Positions 38,121 to 50,835 of a DNA stretch of 64,000 nt are shown here, in pieces (positions within the stretch are counted from its first letter, which is position 1; every line of letters begins with the position of its first letter). A program made the translations under genes and the position numbers. This DNA comes from Harriotta raleighana (Eukaryota): the NCBI GenBank assembly GCA_050575255.1, contig JBNZDD010013718.1, positions 2,906,113-2,970,112 on the forward strand, written 5' to 3'. Below the pieces are notes generated by a model. The model had not been told where the DNA came from, did no database searches, and saw only the letters and a list, made by a program, of their open reading frames with translations.

Positions 38121-40974
38121 GTATTAATATTGCCCATCATGTCAACTGCGAAAGTCAAGCAAAACATCACAACTAAAATCTAGAATTATTAAACAGATGT
38201 TAAAAAAAATGGAAGGGTTCAGCTGTTCAGGTATAACCAGAGAGATAATGGCATCGATTGCATTCACATCCATGCAATGCATACTGCAAAACCCCAAAGC
38301 ATAATTTTACTGCAAACGGTTGATGTGCATTGTGAAGCAGCAGAAAATGCACAGCAGCAGCAACAATGCAGCCAAGTGCTGCAAGGTGCACTCGTAAACT
38401 TATTACAGTATTTTTAAAAGAAACATTTGAAATCCAAAGATGGATCTGAAATGGAAGTTATCACAAAAAGCGTTTTTTCTTTTAAAAAAAATCAAAATCT
38501 CAAAGAAAATCTCTCCACCTCAATTCTCTAAATAAGGTTAGCACATCAGGGTACAAAAAAATAGCAGTGCTGACTACAAAACCCTTAGCACTGAAGAGTC
38601 AGGAAAGTTATGCCGGCAATGGTGGGAATGATGTATTCTCTAGAAACAACATAAATCGTTAGTATTGCTGCTTGTGTAAATGGGTTGCATTGCTGGCTAA
38701 AGCTTATTTCGTCCCAATCTTGATGTGGGTGAATGCAAAGGGGGTTGTTAGGGGCATGGAGTTACCAAATTGTTTGGTAGTGAACAAGTCTGAAAATGGA
38801 ATAAGCAACAATGAATGAATGAAGTCATAGAACTGTCAGTGTCGCAGCCTATGATGTACACCTCTCAGAAACCTTCCACAAATGCAGGCTGAGGTACGGT
38901 CTGCTTCCTAATAAGCCAGACAAATGTGAAGTTTGTAATGTTTGTATTCAACATCTCTTGCTTCACAGTACGAGATGATACGCAGGTGTCTCATTACAGA
39001 GCATGCTTGGGACGGCAATGCGCCACGTGCTCTGGGGTCTGTTGCGTTGTGACTTTGTATTGATGAGCAGACAGGTGCTGCAGGGATAGCCATTGGGCCA
39101 TTCCTCCTGTCAAGCTTTTGATGAGAAATCAGGAAGTCATGGATGCAGATAAAATCCACCCAGTTGCTTGGTACGCCTGACTGCCCTCTGACCCTCAGGT
39201 TAGACCGATGTCTGGGTCATGTCCCATCGTGTAGCATAGTTACATGGGGCTGTGGAAGATTGCCAGGGAAATTTCATTGCCAAGACACATGCTTGACTTT
39301 CAACAGCACTGACAGGCTGAGTCAATAAATAAAGAAATTGACTCCTCTGAGGAATACTGTTGCATATTTGCCCCAAAGCAATCAGGATGAGAGGTTGAAT
39401 TGTATTTTAATGTTTTAATAATAATCCATCAATTTCTCAGGCAGCTTATACATTGCATTCGAACAACAGAATATGGTTGAGCACTTGTATTTTTAAAAAC
39501 TATTTATGGATTAGCTATAAACAGCACCAGACAAATCTTAGATAATTAATCTCTCAAAAGCTTAAATCAGCATTTGGTCACCAAACTCCTGCTCAAAATC
39601 TCTTAGCTTTGCTTTACATTACGTGATATTGATATACCCAGTGTGATGCTACCCTACCTCTTTGACCTGCTACAATTCTACCGACCATCCGTATAAGTCA
39701 ATTCAGATAATTAACAATTCCTACATATTGGACGAAAAGCCTCCATCAAACATGTCAGCCTTAACTTTATGTTCACTGCTGATGCCTAAACTTGCGTATT
39801 GTTGAAATAGAGTTCTGTTTATAGCCTGAATTTTTATTTTAAATATTCACTTGTGGTCCTTTGCTCCATGGCACCCTGTAAATATTTAATGTAGAGAATG
39901 ATTTTATTACCGCTTTCACATTGCTAGTGCAATACTATTTTCCAACAAGCTAGCTGGGCAAGATGGCTGATCACGATATACTGTACAACGCTTGCACTTT
40001 GCACACTCTTCATTTCAAAACAAACCCAAAGGCTTACTTAGGTTAGGTGTGAAATATTTTCTGTCCTTTCTTTAAATATGGTTTTAATAAAAAAAAGGTT
40101 GAATGCTATAACAATGTGACTAAGCTACAATATCCATGATCAGTTACAATATCAGATAGTGCCCCTTCCAAAATTATTCTTGCTCTGATAATAACTTAAA
40201 GCTTTGATTTTCAATATGATGGGATTTGTGTTCTGCACAACAATTGAGTGTGAAATCTCAGGCTGAAATTCCTAATCTTTGTGCAAAATTTTCAAATCCA
40301 GTCTCTGGATCTTTTTACTGAGGAAAATAGGTTTTCCAATTAAGTCAGAGTTTAAGAATATTTAACACAATTCTGCTCTACTTTAGATCTAAACACAAAA
40401 TGATTTAATAGGCTAAAAGTGGGTGAAACTTCAGACTCCTCATACCCAACAACAACAACAAATTATATTTGTACAGCGCCTTCACGTTGAGTGGACGTCC
40501 ATGTTCTTATGACTACATATCTAAAAACCTAGTGTTAAAATATAAACCATCATTATTGAGCTGCAAAGATAACTGAGCAGCATCCCGGACAAGAATAGAA
40601 TTGCCCCATAGAATAACACAACAGAGATGTGATGTGGGAAGCACTTATAAGGCTATTCAGTAATTGACTCAAGTGGAGCAGAAATAGAAAATGTATCATG
40701 AGCAACAATGAAATATGCAGGCTGGAGCAAATTACGATGAGCTTCACCGTGAATGCCATTAACTGGCAATGTTATCCAACATGTTTATTTTTTAAGCCAT
40801 TTGTTAATGGAAAGCGTTGATGGAAAGCGATCTGAGATGCTACCCTAAGTGGAGGGCACTATATAAGTGCAGGTTGTTGTTGTTGTTGTATTATTACAGT
40901 ACTTTTATTCTCTTTGCTTGTAAGCAGTCGTTCCAATTGGAGTGGCTGAAAGAGAAACTCTGCCATTTTTAACA

Positions 40975-41140
40975 ATGGTTAGTTCTGTTTGTGGGACACT
41001 GTGGTGCGCAATTGGCTGCCCCGTTTCATCCACAAATATACAGTCATGTAATTTTACAGTATTTTCTGTGAAGCACTTTGAAACATCTAAAAAAAAGACG
41101 TGAAAACACTATATCTAATGCAAGGATTATTATTATCATT
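40975..41140 (+). mobile_element. DeuSINE 3' part
   Basis: ctgtttgtgggacactgtggtgcgcaattggctgcc...tgcaaggattattatt. Confidence 0.85.
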
Positions 41141-44064
41141 ATCTTCTCAGTGTAATCGAGGATAAGCAATAAATACTAGCACTGCCGGTTTCCACATCGA
41201 TGAATATTACGTACATGATATTTAATATAAGCCATATTTAAAATATCCATGCCATAGCACGAGCCAACAAGGACAACTGCTCAGGACTGTGCATATTTAC
41301 TTATATGATTAAATGGGAGAAGAAGACAATAGGATACTGTATGCATTGAATTGGGCACCTCAAGCTTCGTTAGCTTAGTTAGATGCATGCAACGATTCAT
41401 CTGAGTCATTTACAAATCCACAAATGTTATGAATCGAGTTTTGCTTGCGTTGCCTTATTTAATTGTGTTCTCGCCTCTGTGCATTCTTGCCTCTCAGCCA
41501 CATCAAATTAATAAAATAGAAAAAGAGAATGCAAAATGTCCGCTTTGAGGATAAGTATTGGTGAAGATTTTACCTGCTCTGGAATTTGCAACTGGATATT
41601 GTTGCTGGATGATTTGGGACAATTTTTCTTCTTTAATTCTATGATTAACTTGAGACCCACCTGCTCCGTTGAAATCAATTATATTTCACCATTCTTGCCA
41701 GATGGGTGCATATTGCTGAAGATGACAGCGTTCATACAGAAACGCACTTCGTTTACTCTCATCTCATTCCTGATGGAATGGAAAATGAAGCGTGAAAATT
41801 CTCTATAGAAGGTTAAGTGCTTTAGTCTGAATGAGACGGACGGATAAGGCAGCCAAGCCTGGGTAATTGAGGTAATGTCCTGTATTGTTTTTTTTTCAGT
41901 GATGGAAGTAAGTTTCTGCTATTAAAATAATGTCAAAGTGTTCACTCTCAGCTCACATTTGTTGGCTGAATCTGGCTGTTTTTTAAAGGCAGTGAAAAGA
42001 AAATGGAAAATTGCCACTTTGTACTAACCTCAACCACACACATTCACCTTGCACTACTTCATTCATTTCAGAGAAGGCATCAATGAGATTGCTTGGTGTA
42101 CTTGCTGGCAAAATGTGACCTGTTCAATGTACAGTATCAAAATATCAGCTACTAATTTTCTGCAAGTATCAGTTAAACATAACTATATTTTACCCAGATT
42201 TAAAGGGGAATGTTCTTTACTCTTTACATTATTGAGAACAAGCTGGAGTCTTTTTTAATGTGTTGAAATCATTTAAATAACCCCATATAAGGGATCAAAC
42301 CCACAGAATCTTCCTGGCTTGCATAGTGTTTTTACATTCTAAGCCATTCAGCGCACTCGCTTGACCCTTTTCTGATCCTAATGACAGATCATTTTCTTCC
42401 TCAATGCTCCTTTCATTGATTTCAAAGGTGTTCAACAAGTTACTGTGGTCTCTGATAAAGTTACTCATATGAGCTGACTTGCAACCTTGCTAAATTCAAA
42501 AAAATCCTATAAATACCAGAGAGCGCTGGAATCTACAAAGGAAGAGTTAGGTTTCCTTTCTCCAATACGTACGGTAGATTTACTATGGGAATCAACATGC
42601 TGGTAAGCTTGAAATTCCGGCAAACTATCATTAGCACTTTAATTACCTAGCCTTAAAGATCTGCTTGAGGACACCTGCAGGTTTGTGTGTCTTTCTGCAA
42701 ATGTTTAGTGATTAATATCTTGCTGTTGTCCTCAAAAAGGTCCCAACAGGGTCCAGATTTCCTGTTCCATATAATGGCATCAAGAACACTTTTAAGTAAT
42801 ATAAATCTTAACCAGGTACAGTAATTGATTTGATGAACTGATTCTACCTAAAAGGTGCAACATCTTTCAAGTTGCACATTGACATTTACTCTCTAATTTT
42901 TTTTAGATAATATCTAAGGAATCTATTGAAAATTGCATAGTGTGTAATTATATAATGTTCAACTGTGTCAAAGTATTACATTGCCACTGGGATAATAACA
43001 AAGATTTGTGGTATTCTTTACTTGTTTTGCTTCTTTCTCGATTTCTTGACAGTTTATGGTGAGACATTGTGGCAGTTAATCCCAGGTCAAAGCTGCTGTT
43101 AATTATTCCCTTTCTCCCTTCCCTTTTCTTTAGGAACTACAGAAAATCAACTTCAAAGTTGAGGCTGAATTCAACAGTTAGTCAAATTCCACAAATGGCT
43201 GTTCGTTCGCAAACATCTGCTCGAGTTTAATGCTTGCACTGGACTTTATAAACATGCAGACTAGCTACAGCAGCAGAGTTAGATACTTGTGAGCCCTGCA
43301 AATCTGTCCATAGCGCTCGACAAGACTGTGATTGTGCAGAACATGCCAGAAACAGCACTAAATTGCTGAACCATTCAATGTTGTACAATTTTATTGTAGG
43401 AATTACCCCTTCAACTGAATTAGTACACCTCTCTCTCTCTCTCTCTTTCTGTGCTGTATTTTTCTTTGCCACTTTACAGATGTGCTTATCACTTTGTATT
43501 GTGTCACAGCAAAAATAATGAATAAAGTTGGTAGCTGTACCATGCCTGGTTGAATCTAACTCTTCCATGTACCTCAGCACATACCGCTGTAAGAACAGCC
43601 TCTGAAGGCAGGGAGGCAGTTGCCAGAGGATCTAATTGCTCAGTTGTTCCATCGCGTGCTTCAGTTATGCACCATTATTTTCACATGGATGTATTTACAG
43701 TTATGATATTGCTATTTGATATCCCCGTTTACTTTATCGTGCACACTACACGTCTTTTGATTGTTTTGCCTTTACGCCGATGATGCTTTACATTAGACAC
43801 AATAGACTGCAGGATGCATTAAAAAGAAGATTGATGCATTGGCATTTGTTGTATTTTTGGAAAGGCCTTTCAGACTTGACGAATTTCCATATTGTCCGTC
43901 TGTTTTATGAACTTCTCAGTTCCTCTTCACATGTTGTGTTTTCACAATTGAAGACTAATACTCCTGGGTGGCTGATAGCTACCTGAGGGTATGCAGGGGA
44001 TTCCTAGGGTAATTTATTATCTGTGTTTCAAAATGTTTCTTGAACAGACTTTACTCTGCTTTTA

Positions 44065-44260
44065 ACTGTCATCCTGGCTCAGTTGGTGGCACGTTTTGTC
44101 TCTGGGTCAGAAAGTGACTTTGAACTCATAATCCACACTGATATTCCAGTCCATTGCTGGGGGAACATTGTACTGATGGGAGACATTAAATTTAGATTGC
44201 TTTTGTCTGTTCGAGTGGACGTTAAAGATCCCGTCTCATTATGTGAAAAGAGAACAAACA
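44065..44260 (+). mobile_element. DeuSINE 5' part
   Basis: tggctcagttggtggcac...tctgggtcagaa...ggacgttaaagatccc. Confidence 0.75.
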
Positions 44261-44789
44261 GATTTAAGATCTCTTAAAATCAGTGGAATTATCATCCAGG
44301 TATGAAATTTACAATTTTGGAATGGAAATTAACTAGATGAGGCATTTCTGATTCTGAATAGTTTTCTACCCCAAGTTCCTGCGGTTTTTGTATTTCTTTC
44401 TCTGGCATGTTCTGTACATAATATTTAGCGATGTCCTGTAGGTCATTTAAATTCTCTGTAGCAAGAAATGTGTGACTTGCAGCGTGTTTTTGTACTGATT
44501 AGAACAGACATATATTGTTTCAGGCTTTTCAGAGATAGGTTGTAGTTATAGGGCAGTTCTTGTGGCAAACATCTGCTCCTCTTATTTTACAGTTGCACTT
44601 CATTTAAAATGCACAGTGCTTGAAGATTTATTTTGTAATGAACCACTAGCCTACGATTCAGAGCTGAAATTGTGACTAGATTTAACAGGCATTGCTAGTT
44701 ATTGTTTGGTTGTATGGATGAAGTTTACTTCTATTTAAATAATAACTCTCTGTGCTGTCATACAATGTAAGTACCGCATTTTCGTTCTC

Positions 44790-45132
44790 TCGTGTTGAGG
44801 CTTTAACCGAGATGTTGTCTGCCTGTTCAGTGGGATGTTAAAGATCTTGCGGTAACCTTTGAAAAGAAAAGGGAGTTTCTCTCAGAGTCAAAAATCCGCA
44901 AATAAAATTGGTCACTCACATCATGCTTGTTTGACGGACATTGTGGTGCCAAAATGGCTGCTATGTTTGCCTACAAATACAGTTTCAAGGCCTTGGGACA
45001 TCCTCCCGACGTGAAAGGCGATATATAAATATAAATTTGTTGTAGTTGTTACTCCACTCTACAGTATGTGCTGTTAAGAACTTTGAGACACCCTCCTGAT
45101 GTGCTATTCCAAATTCAAGGATTATTATTATT
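44790..45132 (+). mobile_element. DeuSINE with a GTT-type tail followed by a second ATT-type tail
   Basis: gatgttaaagatc...gggacatcctcccgacgtgaaaggcg...ttgttgtagttgtt, then caaggattattatt. Confidence 0.75.
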
Positions 45133-47569
45133 TTTTGAAAAACTCTTCGAATGATATTATGATTAATAAGAAAATGATTTAATTCATTTACTGCAAATAT
45201 GTGGTTACACGTAGACTGCCTCAGGATTTAGAGGTTTACTAATGTGCAGCAAAGAGTTAAGCTGTTCTTATAGTTGAACACAGTTGAATGCAGCGAGTCA
45301 TTTAATAATAGAGGCATTAATGTGAAGAACCTCAGTTTTCTTTTATATGGCAGTATGCAGGTGGATTAGTTTACAAATATACAGTCACTACACATTGCAG
45401 AAAATCCTGTGAAGCGCTGTGAGACGTCCACTGATATTTGCTGCCACATCAACTTTTTGACGAGGCTATTGAAAATAACCTGCTATTTTTACTCTACGCT
45501 GTGAATTTTGGCTTTGCAGAAAATAGGTTTGAGTCACCAAAAGGCATGATTCACAGCGTAGAAAAAAAAAAATGCAGTGATCATTTATCTGCTTCCTCCG
45601 CATGTGGACCAAATACTTTTCGTATCAAATGGCTCCACGCTGTGCATGCTGGCATGAGACTGTGCCTGAAAGCAAGCAGTGTCTACCCATAAATTTAGAA
45701 TGCCTCCCTTAATGCCGACCAGCTTTCCTGATTGCCAAACTAGACAAGGGGTTGGAAATATGTGGAACCCCCAAAATTACAATTACCCTGCGGTCTTCGA
45801 CGCCAGGTGGGAGAGGCAGAGAAACAACACATTGTGTTGCTAAATAATAATTATCAACTGTGGCCTTCAATTATTGCTGATCCCATTCGGTTCACACTCA
45901 AATAGTTCATCTTTTGTGCCAGTACGAGTCTGATATGATGTATTGAGTGTCACACGAACGCCGCTTTTTATGCAGCTTCGTGTGATTGTGCTGCCTGTTT
46001 ATGCTTATTCAGCTTTTTGAATAATTTAGCACATTTCATATTCCAAATTATCCTGACAAGTTGATGCTTTATTGTTGCTTAGCTAGAAAGATGTGTGTTA
46101 GATCACGTCCTTACCTTCAACATCTGCTGAACACTGAGGCAGAGCCAATATTCGAGTCAAATTAAACTGGAAGTCGCTTGTGGAGCTTTAAATCACTTCC
46201 AGGTTTACAAATCATGAAACATATAATTGTTTGTTCAACAGGAAAATAATAACTTTCTGACAGGGCCGTGCCTTCCCCCAGTAAATCGTTTGAGTTACTG
46301 CTCGATAGCGTGAATGTTAATAGTGATTAAGGTTGACACTTGTAGTTGAGTATCATACAGGGATAAACATTTCCGTTCAGTGTTACACCAGCCTGTTTGC
46401 AGGTGTTTCTATGATGGAAAACCCCATTTGTGGCCAAAAGATGATTATTCTTATTATACAATGCATGATTTTTTTTTACTCCTACTTTGGGGATGGACAG
46501 GAATTCTGAAGGGGTTTCTCAATAAGAAATATTGCAAATTTAAGCCCAATCCTTAACGTCATTTCGGAGCAGTCATATTGGTGGGTCAGGGCTGCTGTTT
46601 AGCTGTGTTGCCAATTACCAATTGACAATGTGACTGCAACTAATGGAAATTATGACACAGCATGAGTCAGGCCCCTTGACTGCTCCATGCAATGTCTATC
46701 TTCAGTTAAGTCTAAGGCACTCTGCAGCAAAGGTTTACTTACAAGAATATGCAACAGTTCATTTTGTGCAATTGTTCCCTATCTTTTCATCCCTGTGAAA
46801 ATTCAAAATATGAACTGAAAAGAATAAGCTTCTTGAAAAGCAAGGAAGCTGAACAGCCTTTAAAAGGCTTGCTGTTTTGCAAAGAGGCTTTTGCAGAGTT
46901 TTGAGTCAAACTTGGGTGAATGAGTTTGCTGTGAAATGGGGAATCTAAGCTGCAATTTACTGAACAAATGCATAGTTGCCATCTGTTCCAATTTTATGTT
47001 GATTGTTCCAGTTTTAAGCTTCTTGTCCTGATCTCTAATTTACAGCAGGGTCTATTGTTTTGTCAGATTATATAAGTGCCTCAAAGAATTGGGCAAATCT
47101 ACTGCAAATCTACAAAATAATGATTTTGCTTGAGTCATTCAGGCTGTATTATTTCCTGGGTGCGTGATACAGTATTTATTTCTACGGGCAATAATGACTG
47201 GCATTGCAGTTAACCTCTTGTGTAATTTTTTTTAAAAAAAGCATTACTGGGTGGTATGAAGTGCTCTATTTATAACACAACACACAGGGGTTGCAATGGT
47301 TTAGAGCAAGACTATGCATCTTTAGATTATTACTTTGGCAATGTAACAGAGTGAGGCATTAAAGCAGAAAAAAAAATGGCATTGTGCTCTAAATGGGAAT
47401 TTCAATTCCAAATTTAATCACATTGTTCCTGACCATTGGACAACTCAGATTGGAACAAAATTCACTCCTGTATTCATTTGCTACAGACATCAGTTTAGGA
47501 TAATTTTCTCAAATTCAGGTGCTAATTAATTTCAAACTATCAATCGTTCGTAGATTTGGTAGGTTATAC

Positions 47570-47882
47570 TGTGAACCTGACAACCAATTTTCACACAATT
47601 ATGTCTCACCAACAGCCATGAAGTGAACAACTCATTTTATCTGGAGGACGAATGGCCAGGAAACTGAGAGAAACTCCCTTTTTTTTGGAATACGGCGAAT
47701 GGGATCTTTAATGTCCATCTGAATCGATGGACAGAACCTCAGTTTAGGAGCTCATCTAAATGATGGCATCTCTTACAATGCAGCACATCCCCAGCCTAGA
47801 GTTGATTATGGGATTCAAAGTCACAATTTGAACCCACAACCTACTGACTCAGAGATGAGAGTGCTACCAACTGAACCAGATT
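47570..47882 (-). mobile_element. DeuSINE with tRNA head
   Basis: gggatctttaatgtcc...ttgaacccacaacctactgactcagagatgagagtgctaccaactgaacc. Confidence 0.85.
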
Positions 47883-48534
47883 TACACCCCAGTAATAGAT
47901 GGGAAAGCTGCCTTGTACTGAATAATCGTGAATCCAGTTATTATTTAAAAAAACTGTTATGTGATGAAGGTCAAGAGATATTATGGAGCTTGTCAATAGG
48001 ACAGATGGTTTGCTGATGCATTAGTACGAGATGAAAAAGGGACAGCATCATTGCATTACAGTCTTGTAATTAGAAATTAAGATTATAAGCATGGTTTCGG
48101 ATTAAGCAGAGCATTTAGAATCATTAGGTCAGTTTCATTCTGGCACAAACACGATGGATCAAAATGTTATCCTCTGAAATAGGTCACTTTCTGCATATTT
48201 AGGTTTTTGGTGCAGGCACAGGGCAGAAAGCCTTTTGATTGTTGGGATTTTATAACAATCGACAATGATGGGTTTTGTGTTATGGAATTTTTCTGTTTGG
48301 TAAAGAAAACATTAGAACGATAAAAATAAATAATTGAATGACAGCATGAGGAGATGCAACTGTGTGCTAGACAGAGCAGCTGCTGCCAGCATTAATCTCA
48401 TTACTGAACTGCAATTTGTCCACAATACTTGAAATTCCTAACCTACTATATTTGGTTATATGTAGAGCACTGAACCCTTGTACTGTAACTTAGCTAAGAT
48501 CCAATTTGCCACTGTGATTTTCGTGCCATATTTA

Positions 48535-49319
48535 GTAGCAAGATAAATTTTCACCCGTCTTGAAATCTGTGAGTGTCATAATGATTACAGGCGCCTTTTG
48601 ATTTCGGCGCATTTATTTCTGAAATATGAACATCTCAACTTGTATCTCTGCATCACTTGATATTTGGAGCAAAATAACTTTAAAGAACCATTGCTGGGGA
48701 TTTTAAGCAAATGTAAATGTAATTTGCACTAATAATGTCATTTAGTAATCCTTGTGCTCCACTTGTAATTAAAATTGGAACTTGTTAAGTCTAAACCAAA
48801 CTGAAATGTTATTCTTCACTCATTATCCTTGGCATTATCCTTGTGTGTGCACCAGATAAATTCCACTGGGAATATTATAAGGGAATACCTGCCACTTTAT
48901 TGCTCTGTTTGTACCAGACTGGGGATTGAGCGATTTGAAACCATCTGCTATGACGTCAACACATTTCGATATTGTAGCTTGTTCTGATTATGAAAAGCTG
49001 GTTTGAGGCAAAAAAACATACAAGACGCCAAACTAATTTAATACCATGTTAATACAGTGATGTGAATTGGAATTCTATATTGAGATTAGGTGTGTTTTGT
49101 GCTGGATGAATACAAATCCCATTTTTCATGCCAGCCAAAGCCCAAAAGAGTGGGATGGAAGCAGGACAGACAGAAATGGGGGTTGGAAAGAGAGAAATGG
49201 GAATAGGGAAGTGTAGTGATTTGTGCATTTATAAGGCGAACACGATAGTCAATGAATAGTTGAGCTCCGCTACTGTCAAACTCATTGATTTCAAGACGGG
49301 TGCAAATTTATCTTGTTAC
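48535..49319. mobile_element. Unclassified TIR-bounded element (putative MITE, about 785 bp)
   Basis: 33-bp inverted repeats 48535-48567 and 49287-49319 with 2 mismatches; no clear TSD or ORF. Confidence 0.65.
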
Positions 49320-49349
49320 CCTGCATGAGGGGTGCTATGAAAGCCAAAC

Positions 49350-49742
49350 TGTTGTTGTCAACGTGTTCACAGAAATGTCCTGCAAAGAGCCATGATGATC
49401 AATTTTACCTGGAGGGCAGTTGGCACGGACAAGAGAAACTTTTCTCTTTTCATAAAATGTCATCGGCTCTTTTACACCCTCGTCAATAGGCAGACAGGAC
49501 CTTGGTTTAACATTTCATCCGTACGGTACCTTTGACAAAGCAGCACTCCTTTGGTATTGCAATCGTAATCCAGAGAAATATTATCTTAGATAATTATTTG
49601 GGGAGGACAGGTTTGCAGGATTATGGGGAGAGGATTGGTGGAGCAGGTGTGGGATTGATTTGGCTGTTTCGAAAGAGTTGTCACCGACCCGATGGGCCGA
49701 ATGGCTTCCTTCTGTGCTGTAAAATTCTACGATTCTGTGAAT
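49350..49742. mobile_element. DeuSINE fragment (minus, about 49350-49570) abutting a CR1 3' end (plus, about 49580-49742)
   Basis: ggcagacaggaccttggtttaacat; gatgggccgaatggcttccttctgtgctgtaaaattctacgattctgtg. Confidence 0.8.
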
Positions 49743-50659
49743 CCTCAAGAACTGAAATATAACAAACTGAAAGTTGAAAGGGTTCCCCAATGCTAAGTTA
49801 GTTTGAGTAGATACTGCACCCAAAGAGGTTTTGCAGTGGCTAAAACACAAGGGGATTCTTCTGAATACGTGTCAGACAGTGACAACTCCAAACTTCCTTT
49901 GACTTTCAAACAGATGTTTCTTTGATACTTGTGGAGCACATCTGGAGAGCAGTTTCTTCAGGAGATAAGATGACACATCAGCAGATTGGAGTTTGGAAAT
50001 AAGTTATTCGCTCGCTCAAAAAAATCAGTTACTTATTTACCCCTCCAAGGAGGGTGGGTGGCTATTATCGTACGTGTTGAAAAATACAAAAATACAACAG
50101 GGGAAAAATTTCACCCCGGTCTAGATTTATTCTATTCATGTAACATTTCAGAGTGCCTGGAAGTTGGCAAATTCTTAAAGAAAAGCACTAGCTTTGAAAC
50201 TGTTGTTTTCTCTTGCTGTAGAACAGCAAAGTATTCACTTTGGTACCACACACAGGTTATTGTCAGCTATGAACCTAAACTCCATGATCTGAATTTCAGG
50301 CGCACAGGAACTCACCAGAGCCTTGTACAAAAGTTGGAAACTTTTTCAGCCATGACACTGGAAGTGAAGTTGTTGTTTGCTAGGGAGGATCCAGGTGATT
50401 CAGTGATAGCAGTGAGAAGACATATAGTGTATAGATGTCTGAATTCTGAAGGCAGAGAAGCTACGAAGATTGCACAATGGTGTGTTTCGATACAGGTAGA
50501 AGATAGAACTGGGATGCATTATTAGGATTGTAATTCTATTGGTAGCTTTTATTCCATGTTCACATTCATTCTCGGCTTCTCGGCTGCATGCTATGCTTCC
50601 ACCAATCTTAAGTTATTCTTCTGTACTAGAAAATAAAATTGCATGGGATATAATGCTTT

Positions 50660-50835
50660 TAGAGATTGGTTTGGTATAAGATGGGAACTCTCTTGCCTCA
50701 TACTCACAGTTTGTGGAGCCCAGCCTTACGTTAGGACTTTGGGCACACATTTGATACTGACCCTCCAATGCAATGCTTGGCAGTGCTGCATGGTCAGAGA
50801 TGCCTTGCTTTGGATGATATATTGAAACTGTTAAA
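50660..50835 (+). mobile_element. DeuSINE head fragment
   Basis: gatactgaccctccaatgcaatgcttggcagtgctgcatggtcagagatgcc...tggatga. Confidence 0.65.

Noticed and set aside
49986-50525. 179-aa ORF
   Set aside because: Non-ATG start, no domain, no splice context, partly overlaps an old SINE-like segment
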